Notes: generated by a model from the letters alone, not told the origin. A stretch of DNA of 64,000 bases from Octopus vulgaris (GCA_951406725.2 OX597815.1:86304001-86368000), one strand, 5' to 3'. Counted from the first letter of the stretch, positions 15,929 to 29,520 are shown. A program made the numbers and translations.

Positions 15929-16468
15929 AAACGAGAAAGGGAGAGTAGGAGAGAAAGTGAAAGAGAGAAAATTAGAGAGTGAAAGAGACAGTGAGTGGTG
16001 ATGGCGTTCGTTTTGTCTTTTTAAATGATTCAAACAGGACGTAAGAGAGAAGGGGAGTGAGACAGAGAGAAAAAGTGAGAGAGAAAGAGAGAAATTGAAA
16101 CAGACAGTATGTGATGCAGTGTTCGTTTTGCGTTTTTAAATGTTTATCACATCGCAGGAGTAGATAGATAGATACGTATATACATTGTTAAACCAAAAGC
16201 GGGAGAGAAGAGGAACAAAATGGAGGTGAAAGAGAATGAGCGAAAGTGAGAGAGACAGTAGATATATAAATCCAAAGTTCATACATAGTACATAGATACA
16301 TACATATAGCAAATATTGGATGTCAATTTCACTTTTCATTACCACACATGGATAAAATCAACTCGCAAATGGCTGAGTACTCCACAGACATGCATAACAT
16401 AATCGTAGTTCTCAGGAAGAATCAGCGTCACACACAATATAAGGCTGACTCTTTTGAATTACAGCTAC
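15795..16468 (+). repeat. Unclassified ~650 bp interspersed repeat (family D)
   Basis: Inverted homologue at ~59385-59985 (GTACCTGTTGTGTG.GTCACACTTACTTCAAA...AAATGGCTGAGTACTCC.CAGACATG); the motif GTTCGTTTTG..TTTTTAAATG occurs twice internally. Confidence 0.75.
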
Positions 16469-16553
<85 letters not shown>

Positions 16554-17076
16554 TGCATTTGTGTGAGTGTATAGTTTAGGTCAGTAAAACATGTTTGCAA
16601 TAATAAGTGTCGCGTGGTGGAAATAAACGCAATTACCAAACTTTCCTTCATAAATCCACTTATTATTTTGTTATTTTGCATTTCAATTTGTACATTAAGG
16701 TTCTTTGAATATGTACGAGGAATTTAAAGGTTAATTCTGTAACCTTAAAATTCCGTTTATGTTTGTGTAGCTGACATATTTGGGTTGGACTATATAGTCA
16801 TTGGTGTATATTCTATAACTGTCACAATATACTTTCCTAGGACTGAATTTTTTTATGCGGAGGGGGTCAGTTGATTAGATCGACCCTAGTACACAACTGA
16901 TACTTAATTTATCGACCGTGAAAGGACGAAAAGCAAGTCGATCTTGGCTGAATTTGAACTAGAACGTAAAAACAGACAGTCATAATATACAAACATTTCT
17001 CATGGCACCAGTACACTGTTCACAGATGTTTACATTTTTTATGTTTTCCGTGAATTTTTAACGGATCAGCTAATTA

Positions 17077-17149
<73 letters not shown>

Positions 17150-17170
17150 CATTATTATTATTATTATTAT

Positions 17171-17972
17171 TGAGTGAGAGAGCAGTGCATGTCATCAAAG
17201 TGACACTGGGATAAAATTTTCCAAGCCCAGTATACCCATTATGACTACCCATCTGATAAGAATACACAAGGCACTTGCACCACAACCATATGTGTGCGAC
17301 ATGGTGTTCTCATATCAAGATAAACAGCGTATGATCTTGCAGGTGGGGCCCAATTAGAATTTTCTGCAGGTCCAGTAACCCATCTCATTTGAAATAGGGT
17401 TTATTTTAGGACGTTGAATTAAACACCCATGTTTCCAAAGGTGAATTATCCAAACCCCAAAGAATTCCTTTCAACACATGACTATGATGCTCCCTCGCTG
17501 TTTCTACTCGAGATCAGAGATACACATATCCGCAGCCACTAAGGGAAATGCTCAACTGGTCAATGTCAAACAACTGATACGCAAATTTGTGGTATTGAGC
17601 AGAGTATTTGCTCTAGTTCATCTTTTATACCAAGACAAAACAATGTACATGATAACACTTCCTATGAGCGCAACTGCCTGGTAATACATCAGGACATTTA
17701 TTATTATTATTGTTGTTATTGTTGTTGCTGTTGTTGTTATTATTATTGAGTGAGAGAGCAGTGCATGTCTTCAAAGTGTCACTGGAGTAAAATATCCGAA
17801 GCCCAGTATACCCATCATGAATACCCATCGGATAAGAGTACACTAGGCACATGCATCACAACCATATGTGTACGACATGGTGATCTTATAGCAAGATAAA
17901 CAGCACATGACGTTGCAGGTGGGAGCCCAGTTAGAATTTTCTTCTGGTCGAGTAACCCATCCCGCCCAAAAG
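17171..17972 (-). mobile_element. Two tandem copies of the ~550 bp (AAT)n-associated element (full 17171-17696; truncated 17748-17972)
   Basis: Both start TGAGTGAGAGAGCAGTGCATG on + immediately after (ATT)n; the full copy ends ..CATCAGGACA followed by (TTA)n. Confidence 0.85.
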
Positions 17973-18136
17973 TATTATTATTATCATCATCATCATCATC
18001 ATCATCATCGTCGTCGTCGTCGTCGTCATCATCATCACCATTATCATTATTATTATTAATATCATCCTTATTAGTATCATCCTCCTCATCATCATCATCA
18101 CCATCATCATTATTATTATCATCATCATCATCATCA

Positions 18137-18179
<43 letters not shown>

Positions 18180-18190
18180 CATTATTATTA

Positions 18191-18263
<73 letters not shown>

Positions 18264-18774
18264 CTAAGTAGCGAGCCGGCAGAATCATCAGCACTGAACT
18301 GAATTTTATTGTTTGTTGCTATACATAATTTGAAGGTGATAAATTAAGTACCAGTCAGATATTGAGGTAGAAGTAATGCAAAATTCACCTAATACTAAAT
18401 ATGAGATCTTGCGTCAATGTATGATATATTAATCATACTTTTCAGTGGTTCCTACGTCAAAGGTGAACTTTTCACTGTCTACACACAAACGACAACATGT
18501 GATAATGTGATGCATTTTTTAATGTGTGACCTTATTTTGGTTTTTATATGGTTGGGGAAGTGATAATTCAACAATGCTCCACGTGAGTGATTCAAGAATC
18601 AGGGAATTTGTAAAACACGCACCTGTATAGAATTTTTAAATTAGCAACCTTTTTGTTGGCCCTTTAGACAAAAAATCATAAATTTCAACAAAAATATCCT
18701 GTTTGTATGTATATATAAATATATGTGTGTGTGCCTGTGTGTGTATGTGTCTACATATGTATATGCATACATAT

Positions 18775-18894
18775 ACATATATATATGCATACAAATATAC
18801 ATATCTGCATTCATATATATATATATAAATATATATATATGCATATATATATACATATACATATATATGTATTACATATATATATGCATGTATA

Positions 18895-18932
<38 letters not shown>

Positions 18933-18976
18933 GTGTGTGTGTGTGTATATATTCTTGCTACATGTACATATATGCA

Positions 18977-19025
<49 letters not shown>

Positions 19026-19163
19026 GCATATATAGATATAGATATATATATATACATGTATATATACATATATATATATATATATTATGCATAAGTATAT
19101 TTTTATATATATATATGAATGCATATATGTACATGTAGCAAGAATATATATACACACACACAC

Positions 19164-19200
<37 letters not shown>

Positions 19201-19308
19201 TATACATGCATATATATATGTAATACATATATATGTATATGTATATATATATGCATATATATATATTTATATATATATATATGAATGCAGATATGTATAT
19301 TTGTATGC

Positions 19309-19318
<10 letters not shown>
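18775..19318. repeat. Inverted duplication (~215 bp arms) of microsatellite-derived sequence
   Basis: ATGCATACAAATATACATATCTGCATTCAT...ATTCTTGCTACATGTACATATATGCATTC reappears as its reverse complement at ~19105-19318. Confidence 0.85.
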
Positions 19319-19374
<56 letters not shown>

Positions 19375-19496
19375 TATTGCTATTATGTTAAATTGTCAAA
19401 GTTTAGTATAACGGTTTTGCTATGGAATAGTGAAACCATTCTTTCGTTTTCTGAAAAATAATGTTTTGGACCTATGACACTTTTGCATAATAGCAA

Positions 19497-19584
<88 letters not shown>

Positions 19585-19907
19585 GCAGATAGATAGAGTC
19601 TACAAGTGGGTGTGTATAGATAAGAAACACGAACTCAAGCCTTCATCTTGAACATATATTTGCAGATGAGCAATTAATAACGAGCAGAGTCTCAGATATA
19701 TAATTGCATAAAAAAACGTGTCGATTTCTTCAGATGTTCGCGATGACATCTGAATCATTCGCCACGTGGTTGCTAAGTCAATCTGTAGTAGTCATTAACA
19801 AACTTAAACACATACACATACAAACACACACACACACACACACACTCTCTCAAAGACACACACATACTCACGCAACACATACAAAATCACTCACATTTTA
19901 GGATATA

Positions 19908-19938
<31 letters not shown>

Positions 19939-19943
19939 CATAC

Positions 19944-20034
<91 letters not shown>

Positions 20035-20049
20035 ATATGTATATATATA

Positions 20050-20455
20050 GGCGCAGGAGTGGCTGTGTGGTAAGTAGCTTGCTAACCAACCACATGGTCC
20101 CGGGTTCAGTCCCACTGCGTGGCATCTTGGGCAAGTGTCTTCTGCTATAGCCCCGGGCCGACCAATGCCTTGTGAGTGGATTTGGTAGACGGAAACTGAA
20201 AGAAGCCTGTCGTATATATGTATATATATATATGTGTGTGTGTTTGTGTGTTTGTCCCCCTAGCATTGCTTGACAACCGATGCTGGTGTGTTTACGTCCC
20301 CGTCATTAGCGGTTCGGCAAAAGAGACCGATAGAATAAGTACTGGGCTTACAAAGAATAAGTCCCGGGGTCGATTTGCTCGACTAAAGGCGGTGCTCCAG
20401 CATGGCCGCAGTCAAATGATTGAAACAAATAAAAGAAAAGAAAAGATAAAAAGAT
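20050..20455 (+). mobile_element. Full-length tRNA-derived SINE, family A
   Basis: 5' GGCGCAGGAGTGGCTGTGTGGTAAG (A box), CCGGGTTCAGTCCC (B box), central (AT/GT) tract, A/G-rich tail; multiple homologues in the window. Confidence 0.9.
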
Positions 20456-20732
20456 ATATATATATATATATGATCCTTTAAAGTCATACAAATATCCGCG
20501 CACACACATATATAAACTTATAGGAACGTGTACAGATGATGCGCATAATATTGTCATGTATACACATATACGTGCTTTTCATATGTACTTATCTATTTTT
20601 TGCAATGTGTTTTGTATTTCGTATCATATATATTGACTTTATATTTTGTATTCTATTGTTGCGCACTTCAAAATAATTTGATAACATGTTTGTGCATGTG
20701 CTTGTGCAGCCCAACCGGCAAGATAGATATTA

Positions 20733-20816
<84 letters not shown>

Positions 20817-21015
20817 GGGCGGTGAACTGGTAGAATCTTTGGCGCGTCAGGGAAAACGCTTGGCAACATTTTGTCCGTCTTTACGTTCTGAGTTCATTTT
20901 AGCCTTTCATCCTTTGGGGTCGATAAATTAAGCATCAATAAAACACTGGGATCGATGTAATCGATTTTCCCTCTCCTACAAAACTTTCAGGCCTTTTGTT
21001 TATTGTAGAAAGCAA
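20817..21015 (+). mobile_element. SINE family B
   Basis: GGCGGTGAACTGGTAGAATC...GAGTTCA...GCCTTTCATCCTTTGGGGTCGATAAATTAAG; another copy at ~21855-22080. Confidence 0.7.
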
Positions 21016-21055
21016 TATTATCATTACTAGTATTATTATTGTTATTATTATTATT

Positions 21056-21526
21056 GAGTGAGAGAGCAGTGCATGCCATCAAAGTGACACTAGGGTAAAA
21101 TATCTGCGCGACATGGTGATCTCATATCGAGATAAACAGCACATGACCTTGCAGGTGGGGTCCAGTTAGAATGTTCTTCTGATCGAGTAACCCATCCCAC
21201 TCAAAAGGTCCCTGAATAAGGGTTGTTTAAGGATGTTGAACGAAACACCCATGTTTCCAGAGGTGAAATATTCAAACCCGAAATAATCCCTCTCAACACA
21301 TGGCTATGATGCTCCCCCACTACTTCTGCTCGTGATCAGAGATGCACATATTGTCAGCCACTAAGGAACATGGTCAACTGGTTAAGGTCAAACAACTGAC
21401 AAGAAAATCTGTGGTATTGAGCAGAATATTTGCTGTAGCCCATCTTTTATTCCAATACAAAACAATGTACATGATAACACTTCCAATCATTTAAGATCAG
21501 AAACCATGAGGGCCACTGCCTGGTAC
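21056..21526 (-). mobile_element. ~550 bp (AAT)n-associated element with an internal deletion
   Basis: Matches 61390-61935 except for a missing ~70 bp block after GTAAAATAT; (ATT)n on both sides. Confidence 0.85.
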
Positions 21527-21534
21527 TATTATTA

Positions 21535-21671
<137 letters not shown>

Positions 21672-22078
21672 ATTATTATTATTAATATTATTATTATTAT
21701 TATTACTATTATTACTATTATTATTATTACTATTATTATTATTACTATTATTACTATTATTATAAATATTATTACTATTATCATTATTATAATTGTTGTT
21801 GCTGTTGTTATGGCTGTTGTAGTTGTAGTTGTCGTCGCCGTCATCGTTGTTGTCAAGGTAGCAAGTCAGCAGCCCTGCTAGCGCATTAAACGAAATACTT
21901 GGCTGTGTATTTCGTCTGTCAGTGGGTTCTGAGCTCATATTTCGCCAAGGTCAGCTGTGTCTTTCAAGCTTCCGGGAGCGATAAGTCGATAAATTAAGTA
22001 CTAGTCATGTACTGGAATCGATGGACTCGACTAACCCCACTCTCCAAAAATTTCAGATCTGTATATTGTAGAAAGGAC

Positions 22079-22187
<109 letters not shown>

Positions 22188-23179
22188 GATAATAATAATA
22201 AAACGAAGAAGAATTACATTGCTGTTATCGTTGTTGTTGTTACGTTCTTGTTATGATCTATACATCTGAAGAGTGATCATGGAAGACAAATGACAACGAA
22301 GGAGGCCCTCATTAGGAAAATATTAAATTTCGTACGAATCACATAGTTATTAAGAGAAATTTTGGAACGTGAACTACAACATTGAACATGAAATTTTGAA
22401 CACAAAATGGATGAAAGGTGAACTTAACATTGCTACCATTTAGAGTCAAGAATGGAAAAGGGACGTAATTAAAGACTGCTTGACATGTTGCCCAGTTCTC
22501 TTTCACCAACCCTAACTTATTTATGGGTGGGTGTGGGCCTGAGCTCAACGTAGCAAACAGGAACCATTATGGAACTTCAGCATGGTTTCATTACCTGTTA
22601 GAAATAACGGACGCATCTACACAAATACTTCAGCCTAACATCTTAAACGAAGACACAACTCATGTGATACTGTAGTCTTAGGTATTTTACGACACAAATA
22701 AATATGCAAAAATAGCAACAAAATTCCTACACGTCACACATTGCCAGTTCGAAGAAAGAATAGTTTGGGGTAAATGTTCTCTTAATTATATCGCTAAAAT
22801 ACTAATCAGATCTTAACAAGCAAAAACAAATCAACTTTCACACAAACAATAATTTAAAAAAGCTCAGGGTTTACATTTTTTTTTCTATTTTATTGTGTAA
22901 ATAGCTAACAATACATTTCTTACACAAATAAGTAGAACTCAAACAGAAAACGGAAATAACAAATAAGTGGCAAAACTTTCCGCAGCTGCATCGTAAAAAG
23001 TAAAACATCCAACAACATATACATGCATAACCGCATACATACATACATACACACATACATACATACATACATACATACATACATACATACATACATACAT
23101 ACATAGATTCATGCATACATAGATTCATACATAAAAGCTTACATGCAAATATACATATATACCATTATTACACGTGTAA

Positions 23180-23255
<76 letters not shown>

Positions 23256-23266
23256 ATATACATATA

Positions 23267-23308
<42 letters not shown>

Positions 23309-23510
23309 GTATGTATCTATTTATACACAAACATATTTATGTACGTATGTATGTGTATATGTATGGGCGCTTGCACAGTGTGTGTGTGCATAAAGCATGT
23401 ACTTATCGAGTCTTGTTGAAATGTATTTCAGTTTATATATATATATTAAGCATACATAAGTAGAGGAACAGAAATAGGAAGATAGATAAATAAATAGATA
23501 GATAGATAGG

Positions 23511-23600
<90 letters not shown>

Positions 23601-24091
23601 TAGACACGGTCTCATATGCAAGTGTATATACGTCTAAGTGAATATTAAATGAGAAGTAATGAGCAGACTCTGCCAACGCGTTGATTTACAAAATACAGAA
23701 TCCGTATTCACTGAAATTAGTGTACAAATATTTTGTCCTGAATATAGAGTCGGTCTAAATAAACGGCTTAGATCATTCAGTTCTGAATGTTCCGACATGA
23801 CCTCAGTAATGTTTAATCAAGACAAACTATAAATCTAAAGCAACCTGTAAGGGTACATGTATATAATCGCAGTGAAAAGGAAATAAAATAAAGACAGAGC
23901 TGAACCAACGGAGTGAAAGAAAGAGTAGATATGTTATAATTAAGGAAAAATGCGGAAGAGATATGAAACTAGAGAGAATAAGTGGGAAAAACACACTCGA
24001 AAACACACAGTTGTGTGCGTGTGCACAGCTATCTGTCTACACGTACACACAAACACATACACATATGTATCTGTCTATTTACCTGTATATA

Positions 24092-24124
<33 letters not shown>

Positions 24125-24323
24125 GTGTGTATGTCTATAAAGCATGTATTTATCGAGGCTTGTTAAAATACTTTACATTTCGACGAGTAACAAATGAGGT
24201 GAAACCTGAAGACCCAGTCATCTCATTTTCTAATATAGTCCTTGAATTTGTGTTCACTGGTACTCTTCTGTTAAAAACTTTAACACAGTCTCTCAGTTCA
24301 TTCATGCAAATACACACACGTGC

Positions 24324-24354
<31 letters not shown>

Positions 24355-24496
24355 TGTGTGTGTGTGTGTAAATATATGCATGTCTCTCTCTCTCTCTCTC
24401 TCTCTCTGTATATATATATATATATATAAATATATATATATACATACGTATATATGTGTGTATATATATACATATGTGTGTATGTACGTATATATG

Positions 24497-24565
<69 letters not shown>

Positions 24566-25066
24566 GTAGATATAATGGATTTTATATAATAAAATGTGAG
24601 TTATACGTTTGAGCCTACGAAGCAAAATTTTTAGCTGTTACTATTTATGTTCTACAATCTTATTATTTGGCATTGTATTTTGTAATGGGTTCTATATAAA
24701 ACAAATCTTTAATCACTTACTAAAATAAGTTTATACATACTTTAAGACACATATATCAGAACACAGACGTACACATATACACGTACACAAGCACATACAT
24801 ACATACATACATACGTACATACATACATACATACATACATACATACATACATGCATGCATGCATACATGCACACATACATACATACATACGTACATACAT
24901 ACATACATACATACATACATACATACATACATACATACATACGTGCATGCGTGACAGAGGTCAGACGTGTTTGGTAAATGATTACGTGGTACCGTGATAC
25001 GAAATACAAAAAAAAACGTGAAGTTGTATTGAAATTTTTCTCACTTACCTTGGAAATGTCCCTTAG

Positions 25067-26500
25067 TTAGCTTGTATTTGTAATTGTTGTATAATAGTGG
25101 CAGTAGTAGTAGTAATAGTAATAATCGTAGTTATTGTTGTTGTGAGAGTTATGACTATAGGAGTTGTATATATTGTTGTTGAGCTTGTTATTGTTATAGT
25201 TAAGATTGATTTTATTGTTTCTACTATTGCTTTCGTGATGTAAGTTGATGTTGTTGTATTGGTGGTGGCGGCAGTGGTGACGGTGGTGGTGGTGATGGTG
25301 GTGGTGGTGGTGGCGGTGGTGGTGAAGGTGTTCGTGGTAGTTGCTTTGCTGGGGGTAGTTGTAAATATTATTACTGTTGATAATTCTGTTGTCGTGTACG
25401 TAATTGCCGCTAATGGTTGTATATCGGTGTGTGTTACTTTTTACACGGTCAATATTACTGTCGATGCTGTTATTGTTGTCGAAGGCGTCGGTGCAGTGAT
25501 TGTTATTATTTTCGTTGTTGATGTTATTGCTTTTGTTATTGTAATTGTTGTTGTCACTATTCGTATTCGCCTTGCTGAGCTCGTGTTTGATGTATTTGAT
25601 ATAACACTCACTGTCGTGGTAGCCACTACGTTTAACGATGCCCTTACTTTTGTTGTTGTCTTCTCTTATGAATTCTATACAATTATCTAAGGTTTTGTTG
25701 TGACTGTGGTCGGTGTGGTGACTGTATTGTTTGAAATATTTGTTATCGTTGTCTTGGAAATAGAAACGGTTGGTATTGTTAATATTGTTGTTTGTGTATT
25801 TGAAGCTGTTATAGTCGTTTTGCTTGACGTCTTTAAGGGTGCCGTAGATGTCGTCGTTGCTGTAGTTGATAACGCTCTTACTCAAATTACTTGGGTCCCT
25901 GTTCGTTTTATTGTTGTAAGTGTTGTTTAGATCGCTTTTATCTACCTTGTTTTGTCCACTTTTATTTTTATGATTGCTACTTTCACTTTTAGCGGTGTTG
26001 GTGTTGTTACTATCGCCGTCGTTGTCGTTGTTGTTACCGGTATTTGTCTTTCTGATGTTGTAATTGTTGTCACGCTTGACTCGCTGTATTTCTTCTTTGT
26101 TATTGTCGTTATAGGAACAGTAATTATTGTTGTTATTGTTGCTGCAGTCAGAAACGTAGGGGAAATGATCAGAGGTGGACGAGTGGTAGTTCTTACTGAT
26201 ATGATAACAATTATTGTGGTCTTTGCTGTAGGTTGTGTCTCTAATTTTGTTGTGATTCCAATCTTTGTACTTGCTATTGCATCCAATGTTATTTTTAATC
26301 TGTTTTATATGGATGTTATTGTTATTGCGTTTGTTGTTGTTTTTGTTGTTAATCTTATTATTGTTGGTGTTAATGTTTTTGGTGTTGTTATTAGTGGTGA
26401 TAGTGGCGGTAGAGTTAGCACTGTTATACGTATTGCTGATGATGATGTTGGTGGTGTAGCGATCTCCTTTAAATAAACTGTCCAGTACCACTTCTGCCAT
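25067..26500 (-). CDS. Putative first coding exon of a host gene; 477 aa Asn/Asp/His-rich low-complexity protein, function unknown
   Basis: 1434 nt stop-free frame of varied (non-microsatellite) codons in AT-rich DNA; ATG in GCTATGG context with an in-frame upstream stop; candidate acceptor TTTCAG at 26554-26549; consensus donor CAAG|GTAAGT at 25049/25048. No recognisable domain. Confidence 0.55.
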   Translation of the reverse strand: MAEVVLDSLFKGDRYTTNIIISNTYNSANSTATITTNNNTKNINTNNNKINNKNNNKRNNNNIHIKQIKNNIGCNSKYKDWNHNKIRDTTYSKDHNNCYHISKNYHSSTSDHFPYVSDCSNNNNNNYCSYNDNNKEEIQRVKRDNNYNIRKTNTGNNNDNDGDSNNTNTAKSESSNHKNKSGQNKVDKSDLNNTYNNKTNRDPSNLSKSVINYSNDDIYGTLKDVKQNDYNSFKYTNNNINNTNRFYFQDNDNKYFKQYSHHTDHSHNKTLDNCIEFIREDNNKSKGIVKRSGYHDSECYIKYIKHELSKANTNSDNNNYNNKSNNINNENNNNHCTDAFDNNNSIDSNIDRVKSNTHRYTTISGNYVHDNRIINSNNIYNYPQQSNYHEHLHHHRHHHHHHHHHHRHHCRHHQYNNINLHHESNSRNNKINLNYNNNKLNNNIYNSYSHNSHNNNNYDYYYYYYYCHYYTTITNTS

Positions 26501-26915
26501 AGCTGTTTACATTTCAGCACCAACTTTCCAGTATCCCTCTCGCCGAGACTGAAATATATCTCTCTCTTTACTATATATATCTACCTTTCACCTTTGATGT
26601 AAGACTACTTTGTTTCTTGCTCTCGTTGCTGCTGGTATATATTTCCTTAGTTATTTTTATGTTATTTGTAATCCACTTCTGTTCATCGCGTAATTGTTAT
26701 TCTTTATGTTGTTATAAAATTATTTTGCAAAAATTCTTTAATTCTTTAAGATATCTTTAATGCCTGCCATCCGTTGTTATGGTCATTTTGAATTTATGTC
26801 TACACAAATTCATGATTCTCTGCAATTAAAAATATATATACACTTATTTATTTAACTAAGTGCTTATCAATGAATACGATTCTTCATGCGTTTCATCTAT
26901 ATATTTGACTGTCTG

Positions 26916-26983
<68 letters not shown>

Positions 26984-27559
26984 CCTATCTATCTACCTAT
27001 ATTTATCTCGGTAGCTATGTGTGTCCGTATGAGTGAATATATGTACTTGCATATATATGTATGTATGGATGTATGTGTAATTAGTCGTACTCTATTTTTG
27101 GATATATAATTGTATTTACTGTTTTTGCGAGAAAATGCGTCTGCGCATCGTGTGTGTGTGTGTGTCTGCGTGTGTATATGTGTCTGCGCGTGCGCGCGCA
27201 CGTGTGTGTGTGTGTATGTCTGTCTGTCTGCGTGTGTGTGTGTGTGTGTTTGCGCCTGCTTGCTTACGCGTGAACGTCTTTGAGAGAGTTATTGGATATG
27301 TGTGTATGTTTGTGTAAAATCCACGTGAGAAATCTAGAAATATTACAATTTTTCAAAGGACACCTATATAAACACATTCAGGATTTTCATTCACGCACAC
27401 ACACACACACGCACGCACACACGCACACACTCACACACACACACACTCACACACACACACACACACACACGAACAAAAACAAAATTTCAATGCAACGTAA
27501 AGGTAGGCGTAAACCGTCTATGAAGATGATGCTAGCCACTACATCCACACAACAACAAA

Positions 27560-27859
27560 CTCAATGACACCGATAAAAATAATGTAATATTACAATGCAA
27601 ACTTTGCGTCGGTATTTTATGTTTGTATTGCGTTTCGTTATCGCTGTTAATGTTGTGATAGCTATTGATGTTGATGCTGTTGCTGTTATCGTTAGTGAAG
27701 TTACCTGATATTTTTATGTTAACTTTTTTCCTGTTCCTTTTTTTCTTTTATTATATTTTTTCTTTGTATTTTTATGATGTGTGCATTAACGATCCTTGGT
27801 ATATATATATATCCTTCGACAGGTGTGCAACAAGCAAGATCAACAACAACAAATACGAA

Positions 27860-27918
<59 letters not shown>

Positions 27919-29485
27919 ATAATAATAATAATAATAATAATGATAATAATAGCGATAGTAGTATTAGTGGTAGTAGTAGTAATAGTTGTAGTAGTAGTAG
28001 TAGTAGTAGTAGTTTTTCTTGATAATGGTAACAATAACAACTTGATCAACAACAATGTGAAAACTACTTAGAACTGAAATCTGTGTGCGTGTATGTATGT
28101 GTGTGTGTAAGAGAGAGAGAGAGAGAGAGAGGGGGGAGAAGAAAAAGAGAAAAGTAATAAAAGAACGAAGTAAGTGTGAGAGAGAGAGAGGTGTGTGGGG
28201 AGGGGGCAGAAAGAAGATGCAGAGAGAAAAAAATTAATGCTATATAGGTGTGTGTGTGTGCAATGCTTTTTTGTTTTTCTTTTTTTGAATCTCTTTCGTT
28301 TTCGTTGTAGTAACTCTTAGAAGGATTTTTTTTTTTTTTTTTTTTTTTGGACTTGTTTGTTTGTTGAAACGGTAAATATCCTTGTTTTGCTAGCTTGCCA
28401 GCCTGCAAGAGCTGCTGAGTTTAAAGTGAGAGTGTGCAGCAAATACGCGGCTGGTGTCAGAGGGCTGCACAACTGGAGATGTGGAGATACCTACCCATGC
28501 ATTTCGGATCGATAGCCAGACGAGCGAATCATTTCATTCGGCTGCTGTTTTATTTGGTTCGCTTACACACACATACACACACACACTGACTTCGTTGTTG
28601 TTGTTGTTGTTTGTGGTGGTGGTGGTGGTGGTGGAGGTGGTGGTGGAGGTTGTGGCTCTGTTATGGCTGCTGCTGTTGTTATCATTGTTGTTGTTGCTGT
28701 TGTTGTTGTTGTTGTTGTTGCCGCTACTGCTGTGGATGTTTGTTGCTGAAGGTTGTTGGTGGCGCTATTGTTCCTGTTCATATTTTCTGAAAATGCTCAA
28801 GAGGAAAGATGATGATGATGTCGACGACGACGACGACGACGATAATGTAGATGATACCGATGATAGTGATGGTGATGGTGATGGTTGCTGCGCTTATGAT
28901 GGTGGCGTTATCGCCGCTGCTTCTTCAGAAAACGATGGCTGTGAGAGCAGTGTTGTTGCTATTGTTGATGTTGTTACAGTTGCTGCTGCTGTTTTTTTTC
29001 GGTATTTAAACCCATGTTGGCATGAGATTGAGTAGAATTACAATGAAGAGCCTTCCATCTGTGACTACCTCATCTGTTTACTTTTTTTTTCTTTTAGATG
29101 TACTTCTAAAAGACTACTTGTCCGATGTGACCTTACTTAAGAAATCCCGACGTGACCGAGGAAATTTGGCTGTTATTTCTAGCAGGTTGACCACGTTGAC
29201 TTGATTGTTGATAGTGTTGTTTTTGTTGTTGATGATGCTGGTTGTGTAGATGGTGCATCTTCCGATGCAACTGCTGATTTTCCCCCGCTGCTGCTGTTGC
29301 TGTTGCTGCTACTGTTGCTGCAGGTGCTTTTCTTCTTTTCCTCCTTCTACTGCTTGTGTTGTGTTTCTTGGTTTTGTTGCTGTTGCTGTTCTTGCGACTG
29401 TTTTCGTTGCTGTTAAATTTGTTATTGTCATTGGTGTTGCTTTTGTTGTTGTTGTTGTTGATGATGATGATGATGATGATGATGA

Positions 29486-29520
<35 letters not shown>

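Noticed and set aside
20050-20125. tRNA-like sequence with A and B boxes
   Set aside because: It is the head of a multi-copy SINE, not a tRNA gene.
25259-26476. Plus-strand Val/Ile-rich ORFs resembling membrane proteins
   Set aside because: They are antisense shadows of the AAC/AAT-rich minus-strand ORF.
28454-29035. 193 aa plus-strand ORF with poly-V/L/D
   Set aside because: Non-ATG start, built from GTT/GAT triplet runs, no splice or homology support.
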